From contig JBBRTK010000001.1 in the NCBI GenBank assembly GCA_038244455.1, forward strand, positions 1 to 51,652: 51,652 nucleotides of DNA, in the 5' to 3' direction. This document shows, in pieces, positions 42,470 to 50,778 of the stretch. Origin of the DNA: Actinomycetota bacterium (GTDB lineage: Bacteria > Actinomycetota > UBA4738 > HRBIN12). Each line of letters opens with the position of its first letter. The first letter of the stretch is position 1. The notes beneath the pieces are model-generated. The model had not been told where the DNA came from and searched no databases. It saw nothing but the letters and a program-made list of their open reading frames with translations. The translations under genes were made by a program, and so were the position numbers.

Positions 42470-43783
42470 CTACTCAGCCGCGGGCAGGTCCGCGCGGTAA
42501 CGCCGCAGTTCCGGGTACCTGGCCGCCACCACGACCGCGCCCACCATGCACGCGATCCCTCCGCTGATCACGCTGATGGTCGGCGTGAACGCCGCAGCAA
42601 CCAGCCCGGCCTCCAGGTCGCCCAGCTTCGGTCCACCCGCGACCACGAGCATGAAGATCCCCGCGATACGTCCCCTCAGTTCGTCGGGAACCGACAGCTG
42701 GAGGATCGTCGATCGGAAGATGGCGCTGATCACGTCCGCAGCACCCGCCACGGCGAGGAAGAAGAGCGCGAGCCACAGATGGCTGCCGACCACGCCGAAC
42801 GCCGTGATAGCCGCCCCCCAACCCACCACCGCCCAGATCACGGCGTCGCCCTGACGCCGGACGCGCTGCACCCAGCCTCCGGCCAGCGCTTGCAGCAACG
42901 CCCCGACGGCCGGCGCGGCGAACAGGAACCCCACGACGGTCGAGCCCCGGTGGAACTGCGTGATCGCGATGGCGGGGAAGAGCGCGGCAGGCAGGCCGAA
43001 GATCATGGCGACCAGGTCGATCGCGAAGGTCGAACGCAAGAGCCGGTTCCCCTTCACGTAGCGGAATCCTTCACCGATGGCGCGAACACCGGTGGCCGGT
43101 TCGGCACCGGCCTCCGGTGGCATGGGGCGCATGGCGAGCGCGGCGATGAGCAGTGCGCCGTAGGAGACCATGTCGATCCCGTAGGCCCAGGCGGGTCTGG
43201 TCGCAGCGATGAGAGGGCCGGCGAGCGCCGGCCCCGCGATCGACACGGTTTGCCACAGCACCTGATACAGGGCCAGTGCCGAGGGGATCAGCGCCTTGCC
43301 GACCAACCTTGGTGTCATCGCCGACCGCGCCGGACTCTCGATCGCTCCGACGAACCACATCGCTCCCGCCAGGGCGTACAGCGTCCACAGGTGTGGCGTC
43401 CCTCCCAACGATGTCGCCAGCAGACCGGCGGCGACCACCGCGAGCCCCACCTGTGTCCACGCCAGCGTGCGTCGACGGTCGTGGGCGTCGATGAAGGACG
43501 CCGCGACCAGCGTGCCCACGGTCTGTCCGATGAGTCCTGTGAGGCCTAGCAAACCCACAGCAGCCGTGGAGTTCGTGATCGCGTATACCTGGATGTAGAG
43601 CGCTACCCTGGTGAACTGGTAGCCCAGTTCCGAGATGAAGACGCCGGACCACAGGAGGCGGAAGTCGCGGGAGACCCGCAGGGGAGTGATATCGAGCGCG
43701 AACCGGCGGAACAGGCGCGCCGCGCGCGACGGGCTCCGGCCCTCCGACCCCCTCTGAGCACCCGGATCGGCGGGGTCGCTCAC
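42470..43783 (-). CDS. MFS transporter (EntS/efflux-like)
   Basis: About 12 TM helices with MFS-type loops (RRTLAWTQVGL...). It ends 10 nt upstream of the ligase start. Confidence 0.8.
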   Translation of the reverse strand: MSDPADPGAQRGSEGRSPSRAARLFRRFALDITPLRVSRDFRLLWSGVFISELGYQFTRVALYIQVYAITNSTAAVGLLGLTGLIGQTVGTLVAASFIDAHDRRRTLAWTQVGLAVVAAGLLATSLGGTPHLWTLYALAGAMWFVGAIESPARSAMTPRLVGKALIPSALALYQVLWQTVSIAGPALAGPLIAATRPAWAYGIDMVSYGALLIAALAMRPMPPEAGAEPATGVRAIGEGFRYVKGNRLLRSTFAIDLVAMIFGLPAALFPAIAITQFHRGSTVVGFLFAAPAVGALLQALAGGWVQRVRRQGDAVIWAVVGWGAAITAFGVVGSHLWLALFFLAVAGAADVISAIFRSTILQLSVPDELRGRIAGIFMLVVAGGPKLGDLEAGLVAAAFTPTISVISGGIACMVGAVVVAARYPELRRYRADLPAAE

Positions 43784-43857
43784 CTCAGGGTTGTCGTCTC
43801 CATGGCTGGCACCTTATACGGCAAACCCGCCAGGGCCCTGGGGACCGTCCGCGAGGG

Positions 43858-45204
43858 CTAGCCTTGCGCGGTGATCGCCGGAATCAGCACGTCCAACCCG
43901 TCCTGCAACAGGGCGTCATCGATGTTGATGGGCGGAAGGAGACGGAGGACGTTGCCGTAGGTGCCGGCGGTCAGGACGATCACGCCGTTCTCCAAGCAGG
44001 TGCGCGTGATGGCGTTCATGGCGTCGGCGCTCAGCGGCTCCTTGGTCGCCCGGTCGCTGACCAGTTCGACCGCGCACATCGCTCCCCGGCCTCGGATGTC
44101 CCCGACGATCGACGTGGTGCCCTCGAGCGAACGCAGTGCGGCGAACACCGCGTCCCCGACCCTGCGTGAGGACGAGAGGAGGTCTTCGCGTTCGATCTTC
44201 TCGAGCACGGCGAGCGCGGCGGCTGCAGCTACAGGGTTGCCGCCGTAGGTGCCGCCCAACCCGCCGGGGTGCACGGCGTCCATGAGCTCAGCCCGGCCTG
44301 TGATGGCCGACAGGGGCATCCCGCCGCCGAGCGACTTCGCGGTGGTCACGAGATCGGGCACGACGCCTTCGTCCTCGATGGCGTACCAGCGGCCGGCGCG
44401 GCCCATCCCCGTCTGGATCTCGTCGGCGATGAACACGATGCCGTTCGCGGCGCAGAAGTCGGCGATGCCTTTCACGAACCCCGGCGCCGGCACGATGAAC
44501 CCGCCTTCGCCCTGGATCGGCTCCATGATGACCGCGGCGATGTTCTCTTCGCCGATGTGCTTATGCATCTCGTCCACCGCGTAGGCCAGGCACGCGGCCG
44601 CGCACGCCTCGGGGGTGTCCCCGCCGCACGGGCACCGGTACGGATAGGCGAAGGGCAACCGGTAGACCTCCGGTGCGAACGGCCCCATGCCCTGCTTGTA
44701 GGGCATGACTTTCGCGGTCAGCGTCATCCCCAGCAGCGTTCGCCCGTGGAACGCATGATCGAACGCAACGATCGCGGTCCGGCCGGTGGCCATGCGGGCG
44801 ATCTTCACGGCGTTCTCTACGGCCTCCGCGCCGGAGTTCGCGAACATCGTCTTCTTCGCGTGATCACCGGGAGCGAGGGCGTTCAGTCGCTCCGCGAGTT
44901 CGATGTAGGGCTCGTTGGCGGTGACGTGGAAGCAGGTGTGGGTGTCCAGTTCGGCCTGCTTCTGGATGGCCGCAACGACCTCGGGGGCGGTGTGGCCCAC
45001 GTTGAGCACGGAGATGCCGGTTGCGAAGTCGATGAGCCGGTTACCGTCGACGTCTTCGACGATCGAGCCCGCGGCCCGCGCGGTGACGATGGGATGGATG
45101 GCACCAACGCCCACCGGGATGGCGGCGGCCCGCCGCGCGAACCACTCTCGGGACTTCGGCCCCGGGATCTCGGTAAGGAGTTTGCGCTCTTGGGGGATGC
45201 TCAT
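43858..45204 (-). CDS. gabT: 4-aminobutyrate--2-oxoglutarate transaminase (class III aminotransferase)
   Basis: LLTEIPGPKS N-terminus, FANSGAEAVENAVK, ADEIQTGMGR, TTAKSLGGGMP (PLP Lys). ATG 45204 is preceded by GAGGAGGA. Confidence 0.9.
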   Translation of the reverse strand: MSIPQERKLLTEIPGPKSREWFARRAAAIPVGVGAIHPIVTARAAGSIVEDVDGNRLIDFATGISVLNVGHTAPEVVAAIQKQAELDTHTCFHVTANEPYIELAERLNALAPGDHAKKTMFANSGAEAVENAVKIARMATGRTAIVAFDHAFHGRTLLGMTLTAKVMPYKQGMGPFAPEVYRLPFAYPYRCPCGGDTPEACAAACLAYAVDEMHKHIGEENIAAVIMEPIQGEGGFIVPAPGFVKGIADFCAANGIVFIADEIQTGMGRAGRWYAIEDEGVVPDLVTTAKSLGGGMPLSAITGRAELMDAVHPGGLGGTYGGNPVAAAAALAVLEKIEREDLLSSSRRVGDAVFAALRSLEGTTSIVGDIRGRGAMCAVELVSDRATKEPLSADAMNAITRTCLENGVIVLTAGTYGNVLRLLPPINIDDALLQDGLDVLIPAITAQG

Positions 45205-45372
45205 GTCCGTTGTCCTCCTCCCGCGGCGGCGCGCCGTGCGCCACGTGGGTACCCAACGAGTGTGGGCGCGCCCGAACCGCCCGTCAGGCGCTATCGAGAC
45301 CATGAGTGGCGTTCAGTTTTGTACGGTCCGGCCACCTGGAGGGTGCCAGAAGTCCTAGGCAGGGCAGTTCCC

Positions 45373-45387
45373 TGTACGTTCCGTACA
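45373..45387. promoter_or_regulatory. Perfect palindrome TGTACG-TTC-CGTACA, with an extra TGTACGG half-site at 45320-45326, in the gabT/PucR divergent region
   Basis: Read directly. It lies 9 nt upstream of the preferred PucR-family start codon. Confidence 0.35.
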
Positions 45388-45395
45388 ATCGCTGG

Positions 45396-46940
45396 ATGGC
45401 CGTGACCGTGAAGGACATCACCGCGATCCCCGGCATGCCGCTGAAGCTCCTGGCCGGCAGCGGGCAGGCGACCCGCCCCATCCGGTGGGTCCACGCATCC
45501 GAACTGGAAGACCCAACGCCGTGGCTGAAGGGCGATGAGCTCATCCTTACCACGGGGATGGGGGTGGGGGCGACCGCCGCCAAGCAACGCGCCTACATCA
45601 AGCGGCTCTCCCAGGCGGGCGTGGCCGGCCTCGGGGTCGGCCTGGGTTTCAGCCACGAGAAGATGCCGAAAGCGCTGATCGCCGCCGCTGAGCAGCTGGA
45701 CTTCCCGCTGTTCGAGGTGCCGTTCCCGGTTCCGTTCATCGCGATCACCGAGGCCATCTTCACGCGGATCCTGGCCGAGCAGTTCGACACCCTGCAGCGA
45801 GCGGTGGACGCCGAGCACGTCCTTACCCGCGCGGTGCTGGAGGGCAAGGGCGTCGAGGGCATCGCCGAGTCGCTCGGCGCGGTGGTCAAGGGGTGGGTGC
45901 TCCTGCTGGACCTTCACGGCCAGCCACTCGCGGCAACCTCGCGCCCCGCGCAGCTCCGCGTCGACCGCATCTGGGACGAACTCAAGGACTCGCGCCCGGA
46001 GGCCACCAGCTTCTCCATCACGCTGGTCGACCGGGGCCACCACATCTGGGTCCAGCCGGTCGGCGCGGCCGGGCGCGTCGAGGCGTTCCTTGCCGTGGGG
46101 AAGCCGGATCAGCCTTCGCAACTGGATCGGATCGTCGCCGGCCACGCGCTGTCCCTGTTCGCCATCGAACTCGCGAAGTCGCGGGCGGTGGCCGACGCCC
46201 AGCGCCGCCTCCAGGGCGACTTCTTCGACGAACTGGCCGCGGGCGGCATAAGCGCCGGCGACGCGCAGCGCGGGCTGGGCCGCTTCGGCTTCGAGCGGAA
46301 CGCCAAGCTCGTGGTTGCGGCCATGGAGGGCAGCGACCCGGAACCGCTGGCGCTGGCAGCCACCGATCACCTGTCGCGGGCGGGCGGCGGGTTCCTGGTG
46401 AGTTCCAACGAACACGGGGTGAACGTCCTGGTCGCCGAGGAGCCCGCAACCGATTTCGCCGAGCTGGTGAAGGCGATGGGGGAGAAGCTGGGGGCCGAGC
46501 TCCGCTCGGGTTCGGGCTCCTCGGTTCCCGTCGCGGACGTGGGCCGATCGCTCCGGGAGGCGAAGTACGCGCTGCAGGTCTGCCGGTTGGAGGGATGGAC
46601 GCAGGCTGGGTTCGCCGATCTGGGGACCTACCGGCTGCTCCTTTCTATGGCTGAGCCAGACGCGCTCCGTGCCTTCGCCGATTCGATGCTTGCGAAGCTG
46701 GATGGCTACGACCACGATCACAACGGCGAGCTGATCGCCTCGCTCCAGGCGTTCCTCCAGCACAACGCCCGGTGGGAGACCGCCTCGGCCGATCTCTACG
46801 TGCACCGCCACACTCTCCGCTACCGCATGCGGAAGGTCGAGGAACTCACCGGCCGCGACCTGTCGAACAGCTTCGATCGCATGGAGTTCTGGCTGGCTTT
46901 GCGCGCGCGCGACCTGATGAGCGCCCAGCAGGAGTCCTAG
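45396..46940 (+). CDS. PucR-family transcriptional regulator
   Basis: N-terminal PucR-type domain (VKDITAIPGMPLKLLAG...WVHASELEDPTPWL) and a C-terminal HTH (ADLYVHRHTLRYRMRKVEELTG). ATG 45396 preferred. Confidence 0.85.
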   Translation: MAVTVKDITAIPGMPLKLLAGSGQATRPIRWVHASELEDPTPWLKGDELILTTGMGVGATAAKQRAYIKRLSQAGVAGLGVGLGFSHEKMPKALIAAAEQLDFPLFEVPFPVPFIAITEAIFTRILAEQFDTLQRAVDAEHVLTRAVLEGKGVEGIAESLGAVVKGWVLLLDLHGQPLAATSRPAQLRVDRIWDELKDSRPEATSFSITLVDRGHHIWVQPVGAAGRVEAFLAVGKPDQPSQLDRIVAGHALSLFAIELAKSRAVADAQRRLQGDFFDELAAGGISAGDAQRGLGRFGFERNAKLVVAAMEGSDPEPLALAATDHLSRAGGGFLVSSNEHGVNVLVAEEPATDFAELVKAMGEKLGAELRSGSGSSVPVADVGRSLREAKYALQVCRLEGWTQAGFADLGTYRLLLSMAEPDALRAFADSMLAKLDGYDHDHNGELIASLQAFLQHNARWETASADLYVHRHTLRYRMRKVEELTGRDLSNSFDRMEFWLALRARDLMSAQQES

Positions 46941-47026
46941 CGCCCCCGGCGGCCAGGACTTGCGTCTCGCGGGGCGAACGGTCAGAGTTCCGCTCCACAC
47001 GAGCGCGATGGTCAGGGGGCAAGCGG

Positions 47027-48802
47027 GTGCGGGTTCGACGCTGGATCGGAACGGCTCTGGCATGCTTCCTCCTACTGCTGAACGTCAACCTCGTCGCCGG
47101 GGCGCAGTCTCCGAGTTCGTCGGGCGACGTGGTCCTTCGGGTCGGTGTGGTGTCCGACCTCATCACGGCCAATCCCTTCGCGGTGAGCGCGGGCAGCGAC
47201 TGGACGGTTGCCACCACCGAGTACGACATGATGCTGAAGTTCAGCAACCAGGATCTGTCGCCGGTCCCGAGTCTGGCCACGGGCTGCACCCACACGACCG
47301 ACTACATGACGTGGACGTGCACCTTGCGCAAGGGACTGAAGTGGAGCGACGGCGTGCCGCTCACGTCGGCCGATGTCGCGTTCAGCTACCGGTTCATCAT
47401 CGACCACAAGATCCCGCAGTACCGCAGCTACTTCGTCTCCAACCCCGTCTTCGAAACGCCGAACGCCACCACGCTGATCTGGAAAGCGGACGCGCCGACG
47501 TTCGCCCTCAACATGCCGCCGTGGGCCTACATCGTGCCCGAGCACATCTGGTCGAAGTACAACGGTGCGGACCTGAAGACGATCAAGGCGGTGCCGAACG
47601 TCCCGACCGTGGCGAGTGGACCGTTCGTACTGACGTCCTGGAAGCGCGGCCAGGGGTGGACGATGACCCGCAACCCGAACTTCTGGGGGACGCCCCCAAT
47701 CGTCGATCGCATCGAGTACAGCCTCTACACGAACCAGGAATCGATGGTCCAGGCCCTGAAGAACGGCGAGATCGATATCGCCGACGGTCTAACCCCGGGG
47801 CTGTTCAAGTCAGTCTCCGCGTCGCCGAACGTCACGGGGCAGCAGGTGGTGTCGGACTGGTGGCTGAACCTGGCGTTCAACTTCGGTGGGCAGGGGCCCA
47901 ACGCCGACCCGCTGCCGGCACTTCACGATCTGGTCGTGCGCAAGGCGATCGAGATGGCGATCAACAAGCAGGCCATCGTCGACAAGGTGTACCAAGGGAC
48001 CGCGCAACCGGGCGATACCATCATCCGGCAGGCGTCCACCTACTGGCATCTGGACATCCCTGCATCCCAGGAGATCCCGTACGCTCCCGCGGGCGCGATC
48101 AAGCTCCTGACCGATGCCGGCTACGTCGACACGAACGGTGACGGCATCCGTGAGGACCCGAAGACGGGCCAGGAACTTAGGCTGCGCATCCCGGCCTCGC
48201 AGGACACGACGGGAGCGGTCGACTCGGGCCAGCTGATCGCCGGCTTCCTGAAAGTGATCGGCATCGCCGTCGACCTCCAGCCCGTGACCGACGCGAAGAT
48301 GAACGACTTCTGGGCGGCGGGGAACTTCGACGCCTACATCTGGTACTGGAGTGGCGACCCCGATCCGAACTACCAGCTCTTCGTCTTCACTTCGGCCCAG
48401 TGCGGCGCCTGGGAGGATGGCTGCTGGAAGGATCCGAAGTTCGACGCGCTCTACCAGGCGCAATCCACAACGATGGGCCGGGCCGCACGGCTGAAGATCG
48501 TGCAGCAGGCGCAGCTGGAGGCATACAACCAGATCCCGAGTGTGGTCCTTGCCTACCCCAGCTGGCTCGAGGCCTACCGGAATGACCAATTCACCGGCTG
48601 GACACCCGCTCCGGGAGCTAAGGGGTACCTCTTGCCGACATACAACTACGACACCTTGCTCTCGATCCATCCGGTTGTCGGGGCCTCGGGGTCTTCGTCG
48701 CCCTCGCTCCCGCCGGCGGCGTGGATCGTGCTCGTGATCGTCGTGGCCATCGCGCTCGCGGGCGTCCTGCGGCGCCGTCGCACCGCAGACGACGAGGCCT
48801 GA
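47027..48802 (+). CDS. ABC transporter substrate-binding protein, family 5 (peptide/nickel type), with a C-terminal TM anchor
   Basis: Signal peptide (ALACFLLLLNVNLVAGAQ) and an SBP_bac_5-like body (LKWSDGVPLTSADVAFSY...). Ser-rich linker plus AAWIVLVIVVAIALAGVLRRRR at the C-terminus. GTG 47027 follows GGGGG. Confidence 0.85.
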   Translation: MRVRRWIGTALACFLLLLNVNLVAGAQSPSSSGDVVLRVGVVSDLITANPFAVSAGSDWTVATTEYDMMLKFSNQDLSPVPSLATGCTHTTDYMTWTCTLRKGLKWSDGVPLTSADVAFSYRFIIDHKIPQYRSYFVSNPVFETPNATTLIWKADAPTFALNMPPWAYIVPEHIWSKYNGADLKTIKAVPNVPTVASGPFVLTSWKRGQGWTMTRNPNFWGTPPIVDRIEYSLYTNQESMVQALKNGEIDIADGLTPGLFKSVSASPNVTGQQVVSDWWLNLAFNFGGQGPNADPLPALHDLVVRKAIEMAINKQAIVDKVYQGTAQPGDTIIRQASTYWHLDIPASQEIPYAPAGAIKLLTDAGYVDTNGDGIREDPKTGQELRLRIPASQDTTGAVDSGQLIAGFLKVIGIAVDLQPVTDAKMNDFWAAGNFDAYIWYWSGDPDPNYQLFVFTSAQCGAWEDGCWKDPKFDALYQAQSTTMGRAARLKIVQQAQLEAYNQIPSVVLAYPSWLEAYRNDQFTGWTPAPGAKGYLLPTYNYDTLLSIHPVVGASGSSSPSLPPAAWIVLVIVVAIALAGVLRRRRTADDEA

Positions 48803-48837
48803 GGCCGTGCCCGACGCGCGGCCGTAGGGAGGGGAGC

Positions 48838-49803
48838 GTGGAGAGGCACGGTTACCTCCTGCGGAAGATCGCCCACGCGTTCGCGACATTACTGTTCGTC
48901 CTGACGTTCAACTTCTTCCTCTTCCGGGTGTTGCCCGGAGATCCGGTAGGGATCCTCGCCCGCAGCGAGCGGCTGACCCCGACCGACATCGCGGCGCTGC
49001 GTGCCCAGTACGGGCTGGATCAGCCGCTGCCGCGCCAATACGTGATCTACCTCGAGAACACGGCGACAGGGAAGTTCGGCGAGTCGCTGCGCTCCGGCGC
49101 CCAGGTGTCGACCCTCATCGGTTCGCGGGTGTGGCCGACCGTGCTGCTCGTGGGCCTCGGGACGATCGCGTCGACGATCGTCGGCGTGATGGTCGGGATC
49201 CGCGGGGCGTGGACGCGGGGGAGCTTGTACGACAGGACGACGCTCTACGGCGCCATGGTGTTCTACGCGATGCCGGAGGGGTGGCTCGGCATGCTCCTCC
49301 TCATCCTGTTCGCCGGCACGCTTCATTGGTTCCCGGCGGGCGGCTATGCGAGTGCCGACACCGTCGGGTTCGACCGGATCCTGGATGTCGCGAACCACCT
49401 GTTCCTGCCGTGTTTGACCTTGGCGCTCGGATATGTGGGCTCGTACTCCATCGTGATGCGGTCGTCCCTGCTCGAGGTGATGAACGAGGACTTCGTGCAC
49501 ACGGCTCGCGCGAAAGGGGTCTCCGATCGAGACGTGCGGCGGCATCATGCGGTGCCGAACGCGATCCTGCCGACGGCCACCTTGATCTTCCTGAGCTTCG
49601 GCTTCGTGATCGGCGGCGCGATCGTGATCGAGACCGTCTTCTCCTGGCCGGGGATCGGACTGCTGACGTACGACGCCATCCGCCAGCTCGACTACCCCGT
49701 GATCCAGGCGGTGTTCCTGCTGTCCAGTGGCACAGTCATCCTGGCGAACCTGTTCACCGATGTCATCTACGGGTACCTCGACCCCAGGGTGCGAGCCTCG
49801 TGA
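48838..49803 (+). CDS. ABC transporter permease (DppB/OppB-like)
   Basis: YLLRKIAHAFATLLFVLTFNFFLFRVLPGDP N-terminus and TARAKGVSDRDVRRHHAVPNA EAA loop. GTG 48838 follows GGGAGGGGAG. Confidence 0.9.
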   Translation: MERHGYLLRKIAHAFATLLFVLTFNFFLFRVLPGDPVGILARSERLTPTDIAALRAQYGLDQPLPRQYVIYLENTATGKFGESLRSGAQVSTLIGSRVWPTVLLVGLGTIASTIVGVMVGIRGAWTRGSLYDRTTLYGAMVFYAMPEGWLGMLLLILFAGTLHWFPAGGYASADTVGFDRILDVANHLFLPCLTLALGYVGSYSIVMRSSLLEVMNEDFVHTARAKGVSDRDVRRHHAVPNAILPTATLIFLSFGFVIGGAIVIETVFSWPGIGLLTYDAIRQLDYPVIQAVFLLSSGTVILANLFTDVIYGYLDPRVRAS

Positions 49804-50711
49804 GCGAGACAGCGGCGCCGCTGACCCCTCGGGCGATCACCCGCGCGCGGCGTCGCCGCGCACTCGCCGGACACTGGGGGACGTATCGGAGAAGCAGGCC
49901 TGGGATGATCGGCCTGGCCGTGTTGTCGTTCTTCACGGTTCTGGCCGTGATCGGCCCGGTGGTGGTTGGCGCCAAAGCGCTGGATCCGTCGGCGGCCAGC
50001 GGTCCGCTCCTGCACGGGCCCTCGCTCGCCTACCCATTGGGAACCGACAACTTCGGTCGGTCGGTGTTGTCGCTGGTGATCGTGGGTGCTCGGATCTCGC
50101 TGCTCGTCGGGTTCGCCGCCACGCTGGGCGCGATGGTCATCGGGGCGCTCGTCGGCATCACGTCCGGCTATTTCGGCGGCACGAAGATCGACACCGTCCT
50201 GAACGCCTTCACGAACTGGTTCCTGGTCATCCCATGGCTCGTGCTGGCGATCGCGCTCGCCTCCATCCTGGGCCGGACCCTGCTCAACATCATCGTGGTG
50301 ATCGCGATCACGTCGTGGGCGAGCACGGCCAGGCTGGTTCGCGCGCAAGCCCTCACGGTGAAGGAGCGGTCGTACGTTGAGCGGGCTCGAGCCCTTGGCG
50401 CGGGGCATCGGCATATGATCGCCCACCACATCCTGCCGAACGTCTTCCCCGTGCTGTTCGCCAACGCGATCTTGACGGTGGCGCTCTCGATCCTGTCGGA
50501 GACCACGCTGTCGATCCTGGGCCTGGGCGACCCGACCTCGGTGTCGTGGGGCCGCATCATCGAGGAATCGTTCAACGCCGGTGCGCTGACATCGGGCTGG
50601 TGGTGGTGGCTCATCCCGCCCGGCGTGGCCATCGTGCTCGTGACCCTCTCGTTCACCATGTGCGGCTACGCGCTGGACGAGGTGCTCAACCCGAAGCTGC
50701 GAGGACGATGA
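49800..50711 (+). CDS. ABC transporter permease (DppC/OppC-like)
   Basis: PLGTDNFGRSVLS and ERARALGAGHRHMIAHHILPN EAA loop. The GTG overlaps the upstream stop (GTGA). The 49131 start is a spurious extension. Confidence 0.9.
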   Translation: MSETAAPLTPRAITRARRRRALAGHWGTYRRSRPGMIGLAVLSFFTVLAVIGPVVVGAKALDPSAASGPLLHGPSLAYPLGTDNFGRSVLSLVIVGARISLLVGFAATLGAMVIGALVGITSGYFGGTKIDTVLNAFTNWFLVIPWLVLAIALASILGRTLLNIIVVIAITSWASTARLVRAQALTVKERSYVERARALGAGHRHMIAHHILPNVFPVLFANAILTVALSILSETTLSILGLGDPTSVSWGRIIEESFNAGALTSGWWWWLIPPGVAIVLVTLSFTMCGYALDEVLNPKLRGR

Positions 50712-50778
50712 CCCCGGCTACCCCGCAGGCGGTGCCGGGGGCTAGCATCTGTGCACGCGGAAGGAGAGAGGATCCACG

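Noticed and set aside
40891-43549. Two long plus-strand ORFs (40891..42567 and 41942..43549) opposite the ligase and MFS genes
   Set aside because: These are shadow ORFs with low-complexity translations. The minus-strand products have Mur-ligase motifs and 12 TM helices respectively.
45291-47063. 590-aa minus-strand ORF across the PucR regulator gene
   Set aside because: It is antisense to a gene with clear PucR N-terminal and HTH signatures. Its composition is that of a shadow ORF.
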